Shown here piece by piece: positions 12,423-23,500 of a stretch of DNA of 64,000 bases; position 1 is the stretch's first letter, and each line of letters starts with the position of its first letter. The position numbers were made by a program, and so were the translations under genes. Source of the stretch: Lingula anatina (lineage: Eukaryota > Animalia > Brachiopoda); NCBI GenBank assembly GCA_051362555.1, contig JBPQGU010000016.1:4092001-4156000 (forward strand). Reading direction: 5' to 3'. The notes beneath the pieces were generated by a model. The model had not been told where the DNA came from. It searched no databases and worked only from the letters and a program-made list of their open reading frames with translations.

Positions 12423-13784
12423 TTGTCACATGCCCTTTCTTATAGTTATCTGAATTATCAACTTGTCATAATTTACTATTTTAATTTCTAGAGTTAATTA
12501 TTATTCTTATTCAAACAAGAAATTATCAATTATACACAGAAAAATTAAAGTCAATAACAAATCAACATTGCCAGCAAATTTTACTCTGCCCAAGCTACAG
12601 TCACTACAGGTATATAGGATAGTAGGCCTACACACTGACAGAGATGTGATACATATGCCACGGTGACATTTTACAACTCTACTCGTCGGTTTGTTGATCT
12701 TAAATTGCACATTTTTTCAAGTGTTTCATTATTAGTTTGTAGCATCCATATTTATATTTATATACATTTATACATAATGAAACAAAGTCGGCGTAACGTT
12801 ACGCAAATGCCCCAATAAACAATGCATCGCACACAGTTGCGCCAATGCTTTACTGGACGAAGACGCAGGAAGACGTCGCCGGGAGCTCACTTTCGATGTT
12901 CACTCTTCGACGGCAAAACGTCAAATGACTGACGTGCGTGCGCATCTTTTGACGTATCACGTGATACCCTTCCAACCACCAATGAATGCAGGTCGTCTTC
13001 TTACAGGGTCTAGCTATACAGTGACCAACCAGGAGCATAGCTTGCACTGCGATGCGCGACTTTTTCTTATGCAAATTACAACTGGTACAGTGCATGGCAC
13101 ATTTGAGGAGTTGCTGTGGAAATTGGTCTCAAAGAACGGCGAAATTATGGAATATTATTTTACTATTGTGACAAGGCTATTACCCGCGTAGACCTATTTG
13201 TCACCATACATAATATTTTTCTAGGACAACTAGTTTATATTAAATCAAAAACTAAAAATAGCAATGAAGATAGGTATAACAAGTAAATGATGATGCTCAT
13301 ACATTCGGGGAGTAGCTTTGCGTAGGATGAAATATATTGTATTGTACGCCCCCCTGGCTGTCGATTGTAAGTAATAGACATAAACTGGCCCGCTCGAAGA
13401 TTCTGCGGGTCCGTGGTCAAAGTTAAATAAAAATAACCATGATTAAGGGAAGTTATTGAAGTTATCAATTTAAGATTTTAGAGATACTAATAAATTTACC
13501 TTTTTTAACACTGGTCGTATTCACAAAAGATCGTAAACATTACAGAGAGAAGGAAAAGTACCCAAGAGAAGGGAGGGGGTGTGTGTGAAGGAGCGCAATG
13601 TGAAACAAATTAATATTATGTTCTTATTTATCTATTCAATTTCATAAATAATTTGTAATCTCTTCACTCTTGATTCAAATAAATAAAAAGCAACAATTAA
13701 AACTTGTAGTACTTGCCACAGAAGCCAAACTGAAGTAAAACATTTGAAATAGCAAAAAAAAGAGGAAGACAAGTAAAAAAAATT

Positions 13785-15660
13785 AAATTCCCAAATTTTT
13801 AGAAACTAATAATCTTTCTTCGACAGTATCCTTAACATAACCGTCTTTTGTGTTTTCAGATCGCCATCTACCGTGTTTCTTAAACAGTCTGTCTTTAGTC
13901 CCTGCATTAGAATCCAGCATATGAAATCAAACAAACGGAAAGTACTCGGAGATCCTTCAAAGTGACTTCAGAACTCATAAAATTAGTAACCAATTGAGAA
14001 ATGTGCTTAGCAGTTACAGGTTCCTTTTTTGTTACTCTATGATCTTTCCGTCTCTGAGATGCTTCCTTCACTGCAATAACGAATTTTGACTCGCAATTTC
14101 GGATTTTTCTTACAGTTGGCTGTACCATGAAACCATTTTAAAGTGTAAAAAGATGTCTAAACCGCAGCAGAATAATTACAAGTTTGTGACAAATTTTGAA
14201 GATAAAAAGCAACAATCGAGTCTTTCGCTGTAAAGAAAGAGGTCACACCGATCGTATTACACCGTTCAAGCCATTTTTGGAAGCCGAAAGAATATTATCT
14301 CACTGTGTTGTCTGCTCTTGACTTCAAAATGACATCTGGTAATGAATCTGCTAAAGCCTTCAAACTTTTATTGCTTGTAACCTCCACGTCTTGGAGGATA
14401 GCATTATCAAGAAAACATGAAAAAGGAAAAAAAGAAAAATTTTGAAAACAAAACTCTAGCAATCGTTCCCATAATCTCTGTTCATCCTGGACAATAATCA
14501 TGTCCATGTTAACTGTCATTGATCAATGATTGTGATCCTAATGGCCATTTCTTCCATTCCTTCCTTCAATGTTGCAGAACTCCATTACAGCATGTTGTAT
14601 CGATAACCCATTGATAACTAGAGCGTAGACCTCCGCCAAGGCAGCGATTTTTTATTATTATTGATTTTTGATTGATTATTGATCCGGATCACCACCAAAA
14701 AATAATCATCTCTTCCTTGGCCCACTTCGTACAGTTCCTGAAAAATTCATCAAAATCGGTCTAAGAAATACATAAACAAAGCCATCTCCATTATATCAAT
14801 GATCCAGTGATCGTCTGTTTATCTCTCCTTCGAAGAAAGTGAGTTTTAAATTCTATAAACAGATGACCAATTATTCATCTACTTTAAATCCCTTTAAATA
14901 TGAAAAACTTATTCGTATTTAAAACAAATGGTCCCAAACCGGGTTTTCTGGCATCTGAATAGACCGTTTTTAACTTACTAGGCAAGCTTTGTACACGTAG
15001 ACTTTTCTCATTTAAAAAAAAAAAAAGAAAACTAAATTGTCTTTCCAAAAATTAATTCTTTAATGCAAGACATTCGTCTTTAATATTAATATTAAAATCC
15101 CAATACTTCCTCTAGTTATTTATCTAGATACATTTCCAATCAATGGAGACATAATAATAAAACAGAAATAATTTTACCTGTAACCCTCGCCAATTTTATA
15201 GCTGTTATATACGGTAAATCTGAAACCAATTCGTCTAAAAGACACAGAGTATTACTAGTACATGTAGAAAGCCTTCTTTCGGGAATAAACAATCCCCTTA
15301 CTTCCATGTCCCAAATAATCCCCAACCATTCCAATTTGTTGACTGGTTCTAATTTACTTTTTTCAATGTTTAAAACAAAATCTGCTTTAAACAGATCCAT
15401 TTTAATTTTTTTAGAATGTAGTTTTAAATGTAATATATTTTTCTAGAGAATTTTCAGACACAATACCGTCATCTAAATAAACAACAATGGGGATTCCATT
15501 TTTCTCCAATACCCAACTAAACGTCTAAGTATTTTACTAAAAATAAACGGTGCTGAAGAAAGGCCAAACGAAAGTACCAAAAAAAAAAAAAAAAAAGAAT
15601 TCTTTCCGTTGATTTAAAAAAGTTTGAGATGCCGGAGCAATATCTAAATGGTGAATAAAT
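13785..15660 (-). mobile_element. Second degenerate DIRS-order YR retrotransposon, 5'-truncated and internally deleted (RT, start of RNase H, tyrosine recombinase)
   Basis: Minus-strand translation: HHLDIA (~15645), VLSFGLSSAPFIFSK (~15535-15578), VVYLDDGL (~15463-15486), LEWLGIIWD, LARVTGKIIS, VYSDA (~14955). YR: SRADNTVR, KKEPVT..LRVLSVCLISYAGF, and C-terminal LFKKHGRWRSENTKDGYV (~13835-13890). Confidence 0.9.
14616..14780 (+). mobile_element. Short Helentron-associated (HINE-like) element inserted in the second YR retrotransposon
   Basis: AACTAGAG..CCTCCGCCAAGG start, GATCCGGATCACCACCAAAA..TTCCTTGGCCCA core and AAAATTCATCAAAATCGG. The 3' hairpin is not seen. Confidence 0.55.
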
Positions 15661-15699
15661 AAATAAACACAACACTAAACTGCAGAATTATCTCAACAA

Positions 15700-16391
15700 A
15701 TATTATCTGTGGTCTTGCTCACATTCCCAAAAGTGAGAGTGTAATATGCCTTTGGTCCATGCAACCAGATCTCTTGTCCTCCTTGTCTGTTCAGCCTAAA
15801 ATATAAAATTGCAAGACAGCTATTTAATTCTTAATGCATAACTCTATTAAAAAGGAAAATGTCCATGATGGAAAAAACTCATTTATTTTTTCTACCTGAA
15901 GATATGGAAAATGGTGCAATAGTTTGTGTTGTTCTCATGCATATCTACTCACAGTGATTATCTTCTTTCCAAGATTTTTGCCCCATGCCAAATGTCCCAC
16001 GAATGTTTTATCCCGATTCATTTTTTTTTCTGAAATAAGAAAAATTTAGCTAAATATATAGAGAGATATAACAAAAAAATAGCAAGAATTGCAAGTAAAT
16101 AATCACATACATGTAGATACATTTCACATACTAAATTTGCTTTCTAATTATTAAAGTAAGACCTAAACAGCACTTTGTACTTAAGTGTGCAACAAGGGCA
16201 TCTTTGACCACTTCTGTTGCACTGATTCCTTTTTTTTTTCAGGAAATCCATAGCCCTGACAAACCCTTCCTTCTCCATTACAGAGCTACTCAGCTTGGTT
16301 TCTTTCTTCCTTACAACTTCTGCTTCCAACACATCCCCTGCTCGCGCAATATTGTGCACTATGTCCTGGGCTGTCCATTCTGCCATCAACT
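15700..16391 (-). pseudogene. Spliced, decayed Kolobok-like DDE transposase (three exon remnants)
   Basis: Motifs DGRMDSPGHSAQYC (16346-16387), EVVRKKET..SSVMEKEGFVRAMDFL, IKHSWDIWHGAK (~15975-16012) and DLVAWTKGI..HFWEC (~15720-15770). Minus-strand acceptors near 16391, 16031 and 15797, and a GTGAGT donor near 15952. Family assignment is from recalled motifs, not a search. Confidence 0.75.
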
Positions 16392-16603
16392 ATGAATAAA
16401 TGGGATATATCGAAACACGGACATCATAAGTATGTGGTGCGACAATTCCTAAAACAACACTTGGTGGGATTTAGGACACATTCCTATAGACACCACAGGT
16501 CTACATTGATCGACCAGACTTGGCATGGATTTTCACTGCTATCAGCTGAATAGGTACCCCCCCCCCCCTCTAAGAAATAAAATTGTTCATGTTCCTTTTG
16601 TTG

Positions 16604-16628
16604 ATATATATATATATATATATATATA
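16604..16628. repeat. (AT)n microsatellite
   Basis: Direct reading of the sequence. Confidence 0.9.
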
Positions 16629-17436
16629 CAATTTCCAAAGGAATAGAGGGCAATAAGTCATACTCAAATTATATTTTAGGATGCCAACCCATGTTATTTT
16701 CATCTTACTCCTTCTCAAAGTGTGTCTTGCCTTTAAATGTAAAGCTCTATGTTATTTAATGAAAGACAATATAAGTTCCATCTGTTTAGAGATGTATGTC
16801 GGTCTGCTTTATAGCAATTAAGTCCCTGCTGTGGTTTAGGCCTACTGGTCACAACCAGAACATCAGAACCACTGCTTCCATCCACCGCTTCTACTTGTGG
16901 ACATGGGTACACTTGATATAGAAACAAAACACGCATTTAGTTAAAATTTTAGATTAATCCATTTAATCCATAAAGTTTAAATAACACATTTGCAATAAAG
17001 TTTTTGATTAAGTTTTTTATCAAAATTAAAATAGATTATTGTAATAATGTTATTAAAGTATGTGCCCTTTTTCAAATGCAAAGAATGCAAAGCAACCCTT
17101 ATACAGCATTGGTCAAAAAGGTTGTCCCACCCCCATTTCCATGTACTTTTATTTACAAATGATCACCTAACAGCTGTTAATTGTTAGAAATAGTGTTTTT
17201 TATTACGTATACCGTGTCTAACATGATTAATGGTTTAAAAAATACAAAATAGTGGTGAAAATATACATATTTTATACCATTTAGTAAAATTTATAAGAGG
17301 TACCCCCTCAAATCGACTGTTTCACTGTGACTTCTAAAGATGTAAAGAAATGACTATAAAATTAAAAAGACGCCATCAAATGTCACCAAATTCACACACA
17401 ATTAGCATTAGGGTGTGCTCATTAAAGATCACGTGC

Positions 17437-17810
17437 CTAACAGCGTGTGCGTCTACCGCGTACTGCAATTATTTCCTGTAGACGGCGCGACAAGCCTTCA
17501 ACTCGGGTTACAATTCTGTTTTGTGGGATATTGTATTCTTCTTCTCAAACAAGTTGGGGGAGTTGGTCCACGTTTTTATGGGGTTGGTTCTCCTTTGCAT
17601 TGCACACTCCAATACATGTCACAGTTGATTAGTAAGTTTGATATCAGGGCTCAAAGATGGTGGTTCCATCCTTAGACCATTATGTTTCTTCAACAAACAG
17701 TTGCCAGGCAAGAGGTGTGAGCAAGTGTGCAGTCATGATAAAGCCTGAAGTTAACCCCAAAGTCAGTTCTTGAAGATGGAATGAGATATCAGCTGAGAAT
17801 GCTACGTTCA
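17437..17810 (-). pseudogene. Second, more decayed Tc1 transposase C-terminal remnant (left arm)
   Basis: Minus strand reads HDCTLAH..LRMEPPSLSPDIKLTNQL..YNIPQN..RRLQEII..RRTRC*, mirroring the right arm. Confidence 0.8.
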
Positions 17811-17861
17811 GTGATCCCACAGGCACCTGAACCTGGCCATCCATCACTGGAAGGAAGTTGA

Positions 17862-18435
17862 TTTTGATGCAGAATCAAATTATTTCTTGTATCCCATCGA
17901 TGGTCAAAGAGGGTCCATAGACATGTTAAAAAATGCCTCTTGGAAGGGTGCGTGCAGGATAATATCGCCTGAGGTGTTAGATCAATCCGCATTTGGAGAA
18001 CATTCCAAGCCCATGGTATTAGTACATTGTTCCTTTTGGAACAAAACGTAACAGGGGCATTTTGATGTAACATTCTCAACAGAAATCTCATTCCATTTGC
18101 AAGAGGTGACTTCAGGGATACTACTGGCTTCATTGTGACGACGCACTTGCTCACAGCTCTCGTCTGGCAAACGATTTGTTGCAGAAACACAGGGCTCTGA
18201 GGATGGGACAACCGTCTTTGAGTCCTGATATTAATCCTACTGAGCACCTGTGGCATAAATTGGAATGTGCATTGCAGAGGAGAACCAATTCCTAAATAAT
18301 CTTGACCAATTCCGCCACGCTCTTTAGGATGAATGGGACAATATCCCACATAACAGAATTGTTACCCATGTTGAAGGCTTGTCGCGCCGTCTACAGGAGA
18401 TAATTGCAGTACGCGGTAGACGCACACGCTGTTAG
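17862..18435 (+). pseudogene. Tc1 DD34E transposase catalytic/C-terminal remnant (right arm)
   Basis: Translates as AESNYFLYPIDG..ILNRNLIPFA..DDALAH..SLSPDINPTEHLW..DEWDNIP..LSRRLQEIIAVRGRRTRC*. There are 34 residues between the D and E, matching the Tc1 QDNA..H / SPDLNPIEHLW motifs. Stops and frameshifts present. Confidence 0.88.
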
Positions 18436-19077
18436 GCACGTGATCTTTAACGAGCACACCCTAATGCTAATTGTGTGTGAATTTGGTGACATTTGATGGC
18501 ACCTTTTCAATTTTATAGACATTTCTTTACATCTGTAGAAGTAACAGTGAAACAGTCGATTTGAGGGGGTACCTCTTATAAATTTTACTAAATGGTATAA
18601 AATATGTATATTTTCACCACTATTTTGTATTTTTTTAACCATTAATCATGTTAGACACGGTATCCGTGATAAAAAGAACTATTTCAAACAGTTCACAGCT
18701 GTGAGGCGTATCATTTGTAAATAAAAGTACATGGAAATGGGGGTGGGACAACCTTTTTGACCAATGCTGTATATACATGTACCTGTATATAAATATGTTT
18801 GATAAGATCTATTGGAGATATTTAAGCACATTTAAAAGACACTCACTCAGAAACAGAGTTTTCAATATCGCTTAATTTAGGATCAGGAATGGACTTAGCA
18901 GTGGTCCTCACCCTCGCCTGAACAAAGAAGCTCAAACAAATCAAGAACAAATCAATATCCGAATAACGACGGTGATATGGCCCTGCTGGCGCATATTAAT
19001 TTCGTGATCTGTAAACACAGGGAATCAGCAGTTGTAAACATTCTCTTATAGTATATTTTGAACAAGCTGTCTGTACA

Positions 19078-19134
19078 GGGAGTGGGGGGGCGGGGTCGGC
19101 CCGCCCCCTTAAAATATTCCTGGATCCGCCCCTG
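19078..19134 (-). mobile_element. MITE terminus fragment
   Basis: CCTGGATCCGCCCCTG (19119-19134) is the reverse complement of CAGGGGCGGATCCAGG. Further partial ends at 2514-2532 and ~4550-4608. Confidence 0.6.
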
Positions 19135-20522
19135 GATCCGCCACATGGTACCTATCTGTATCTTAAAAAAAAAAAACTGCTGGTATATGATAGACAGGAA
19201 GAGGGAGCGCATGGGAAATGACGGTGTAGGCCGGATCTAAAGCCTTCCACAGTTTCAGCAGTAACTTGTTGGTCACTTCGTTCATTCCACTCGGGGCTGT
19301 TCTGGTAAAGAAAGAGTTTCAAACTGGTGTGTCGCAGTGTGATTCTTGCACTTAGAGTTTGTTTTAAATCCTAATATTAGTACATAAATGTAATTTATTC
19401 TAAAATGTGAGGCCTAATAATAAGGAGCTACGGGCAAATTTCTTCAACAATCAGTTTCTTTTTCAAACTGACTGTTTGACACATCATGATAACAACGGAA
19501 ACCACCAAACTTCAATTAAGATAATTAATTGTATTTATGTAGCAAATGGTTTGTTTTAGTGGTGGTATTAACTTTTTGGTAATACATCAACGTTTTGTTT
19601 ATAGGAAATTAGTCTGGTTAGTTAGTAGTAGGTAGTAGGATGGTAGTTTGGGTCTTGTGTCTGCACATTTTTACCTCTAGTAGTTGACCAAGGCAAGGTG
19701 ATAACAGATGTCCCGGGTTAAGGAATTTCTTAGCTGCTGTGTATCTAGGCACACACATTTGCACCCCCACCTTTAATAATTACATATTTCTTTTTAGTTA
19801 CCCGCACGAAAATGCAGTAGTATCGAAGTAGCAAAGCGGCGGGAGCATATTTGCAGAATAGCCTACTGCAATTCTACTCCAAAAAGTACATAGGTTTGTA
19901 CAGAGAGGAGCATAAATGCATAATTTTTTAAATTCCCATGACAAAACACCCCGGTGACTCCCTTCGCCACATAAGTTTTCATGTAATCATTAAACAGAGC
20001 AAAAAATCTCCCTATTTCTGTAGAATTATAAATTTTATGAAAGATGTTTTTGGGACTAATTCTATCGAGCTGCATTCAGTGAGAAGTCATTCAGCTTTGT
20101 AGCTCCGGAGATATTGACGGCCGCACTAAAAAATTCCTGCAAAACTGCATGAACAGAATATTTTGGTGAAACATTTCCTATTCTCATAGACAGCAGACTC
20201 ACTGACGTAACTCCCAATGCCACAAAACTTAAGTGTCAAAAAGTTACTTTTCATACCGGCAGTACTGTAATTGAACATGTGCATTCTCTTGTTTGTAAAC
20301 AAACCACTGCACTGCTCACAGTCGTAAGCTCCCTCCGCCAGATGTCCGAAACTGTACAGTACTGAGCCAGGTCTCGCCCAAAAATAAGAAGCAATTTAGG
20401 CCCCAACCCGGTACTTGACACCAAATTAACCACTAGCAACACACAAAAAATTGTCAGGAAAAAAACTGAAAACAATCACTAATTTTTCACGCAGAACTTC
20501 ATTCGTGTATAACAGTCCGTGA

Positions 20523-23500
20523 TTGGCCAGGTAGGGATGAAAATTTTTTTTCTTCATTATAGTGTCAGGTAGGTGTGTTCGGTCATTTGTAGTAAGAATA
20601 AAGTGCTGGAAGAGTGGTGGTGTCAACATTAAGGAAGAAATAGAGCAAAAACTCTGTCTCCCCCCCCCTCTCAGATTCTGTTCTCAGAGCTTATTTTTGG
20701 ATCATCTTTAAAGCTAGAATTGGGGGCCTTGATGAAGTGACCCGGGCGCGTTTCCACATTTTTTATTGAATGACAGGTGTGGTAGATTGATTTTCGTCAC
20801 TTTTTGGAAAAATCGGAGACGGGTCGATTTTTGGTGATTTTGAGTGATTTTGAACAGTGCCGGCACTGTGAGATTTCTTCAATTTTGGCCAGGTAGGGAT
20901 GAAAATTTTTTTTCTTCATTATAGTGTCAGGTAGGTGTGTTCGGTCATTTGTAGTAAGAATAAAGTGCTGGAAGAGTGGTGGTGTCAACATTAAGGAAGA
21001 AATAGAGCAAAAACTCTGTCTCCCCCCCCCCCTCTCAGATTCTGTTCTCAGAGCTTATTTTTGGATCATCTTTAAAGCTAGAATTGGGGGCCTTGATGAA
21101 GTGACCCGGGCGCGTTTCCACATTTTTTATGAATGACAGGTGTGGTAGATTGATTTTCTTCACTTTTTGGAAAAATCGGAGACGGGTCGATTTTTGGTGA
21201 TTTTGAGTGATTTTGAACAGTGCCGGCACTGTGAGATTTCTTCAATTTTGGCCAGGTAGGGATGAAAATTTTTTTTCTTCATTATAGTGTCAGGTAGGTG
21301 TGTTCGGTCATTTGTAGTAAGAATAAAGTGCTGGAAGAGTGGTGGTGTCAACATTAAGGAAGAAATAGAGCAAAAACTCTGTCTCCCCCCCCCCCCTCTC
21401 AGATTCTGTTCTCAGAGCTTATTTTTGGATCATCTTTAAAGCTAGAATTGGGGGCCTTGATGAAGTGACCCGGGCGCGTTTCCACATTTTTTATGAATGA
21501 CAGGTGTGGTAGATTGATTTTCGTCACTTTTTGGAAAAATCGGAGACGGGTCGATTTTTGGTGATTTTGAGTGATTTTGAACAGTGCCGGCACTGTGAGA
21601 TTTCTTCAATTTTGGCCAGGTAGGGATGAAAATTTTTTTTCTTCATTATAGTGTCAGGTAGGTGTGTTCGGTCATTTGTAGTAAGAATAAAGTGCTGGAA
21701 GAGTGGTGGTGTCAACATTAAGGAAGAAATAGAGCAAAAACTCTGTCTCCCCCCCCCTCTCAGATTCTGTTCTCAGAGCTTATTTTTGGATCATCTTTAA
21801 AGCTAGAATTGGGGGCCTTGATGAAGTGACCCGGGCGCGTTTCCACATTTTTTATTGAATGACAGGTGTGGTAGATTGATTTTCGTCACTTTTTGGAAAA
21901 ATCGGAGACGGGTCGATTTTTGGTGATTTTGAGTGATTTTGAACAGTGCCGGCACTGTGAGATTTCTTCAATTTTGGCCAGGTAGGGATGAAAATTTTTT
22001 TTCTTCATTATAGTGTCAGGTAGGTGTGTTCGGTCATTTGTAGTAAGAATAAAGTGCTGGAAGAGTGGTGGTGTCAACATTAAGGAAGAAATAGAGCAAA
22101 AACTCTGTCTCCCCCCCCCCCTCTCAGATTCTGTTCTCAGAGCTTATTTTTGGATCATCTTTAAAGCTAGAATTGGGGGCCTTGATGAAGTGACCCGGGC
22201 GCGTTTCCACATTTTTTATGAATGACAGGTGTGGTAGATTGATTTTCTTCACTTTTTGGAAAAATCGGAGACGGGTCGATTTTTGGTGATTTTGAGTGAT
22301 TTTGAACAGTGCCGGCACTGTGAGATTTCTTCAATTTTGGCCAGGTAGGGATGAAAATTTTTTTTCTTCATTATAGTGTCAGGTAGGTGTGTTCGGTCAT
22401 TTGTAGTAAGAATAAAGTGCTGGAAGAGTGGTGGTGTCAACATTAAGGAAGAAATAGAGCAAAAACTCTGTCTCCCCCCCCCCCTCTCAGATTCTGTTCT
22501 CAGAGCTTATTTTTGGATCATCTTTAAAGCTAGAATTGGGGGCCTTGATGAAGTGACCCGGGCGCGTTTCCACATTTTTTATGAATGACAGGTGTGGTAG
22601 ATTGATTTTCGTCACTTTTTGGAAAAATCGGAGACGGGTCGATTTTTGGTGATTTTGAGTGATTTTGAACAGTGCCGGCACTGTGAGATTTCTTCAATTT
22701 TGGCCAGGTAGGGATGAAAATTTTTTTTCTTCATTATAGTGTCAGGTAGGTGTGTTCGGTCATTTGTAGTAAGAATAAAGTGCTGGAAGAGTGGTGGTGT
22801 CAACATTAAGGAAGAAATAGAGCAAAAACTCTGTCTCCCCCCCCCCTCTCAGATTCTGTTCTCAGAGCTTATTTTTGGATCATCTTTAAAGCTAGAATTG
22901 GGGGCCTTGATGAAGTGACCCGGGCGCGTTTCCACATTTTTTATTGAATGACAGGTGTGGTAGATTGATTTTCGTCACTTTTTGGAAAAATCGGAGACGG
23001 GTCGATTTTTGGTGATTTTGAGTGATTTTGAACAGTGCCGGCACTGTGAGATTTCTTCAATTTTGGCCAGGTAGGGATGAAAATTTTTTTTCTTCATTAT
23101 AGTGTCAGGTAGGTGTGTTCGGTCATTTGTAGTAAGAATAAAGTGCTGGAAGAGTGGTGGTGTCAACATTAAGGAAGAAATAGAGCAAAAACTCTGTCTC
23201 CCCCCCCCCCCTCTCAGATTCTGTTCTCAGAGCTTATTTTTGGATCATCTTTAAAGCTAGAATTGGGGGCCTTGATGAAGTGACCCGGGCGCGTTTCCAC
23301 ATTTTTTATGAATGACAGGTGTGGTAGATTGATTTTCGTCACTTTTTGGAAAAATCGGAGACGGGTCGATTTTTGGTGATTTTGAGTGATTTTGAACAGT
23401 GCCGGCACTGTGAGATTTCTTCAATTTTGGCCAGGTAGGGATGAAAATTTTTTTTCTTCATTATAGTGTCAGGTAGGTGTGTTCGGTCATTTGTAGTAAG

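Larger units (their letters stand above)
17104..18769. mobile_element. Non-autonomous Tc1/mariner foldback element with long inverted arms and TA target duplication
   Basis: TA|CAGCATTGGTCAAAAAGGTTGTCCCACCCCC at 17104 and its exact reverse complement ending at 18769|TA. Arms are highly similar over ~430 bp. Confidence 0.95.

Noticed and set aside
12270-12430. A39 tract as the tail of a retrocopy or LINE
   Set aside because: The nearest AATAAA is ~100 bp upstream, with no convincing TSD or coding remnant.
17304-17316. CCCCTCAAATCGA shared between the Tc1 arm and the 34-bp minisatellite
   Set aside because: Only 13 bp with no flanking similarity, so compatible with chance.
20795-20830. Possible CENP-B box (TTCG..CGGG) in the satellite
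   Set aside because: The spacing does not fit nTTCGnnnnAnnCGGGn. Only the AnnCGGG half matches, and B lacks it.
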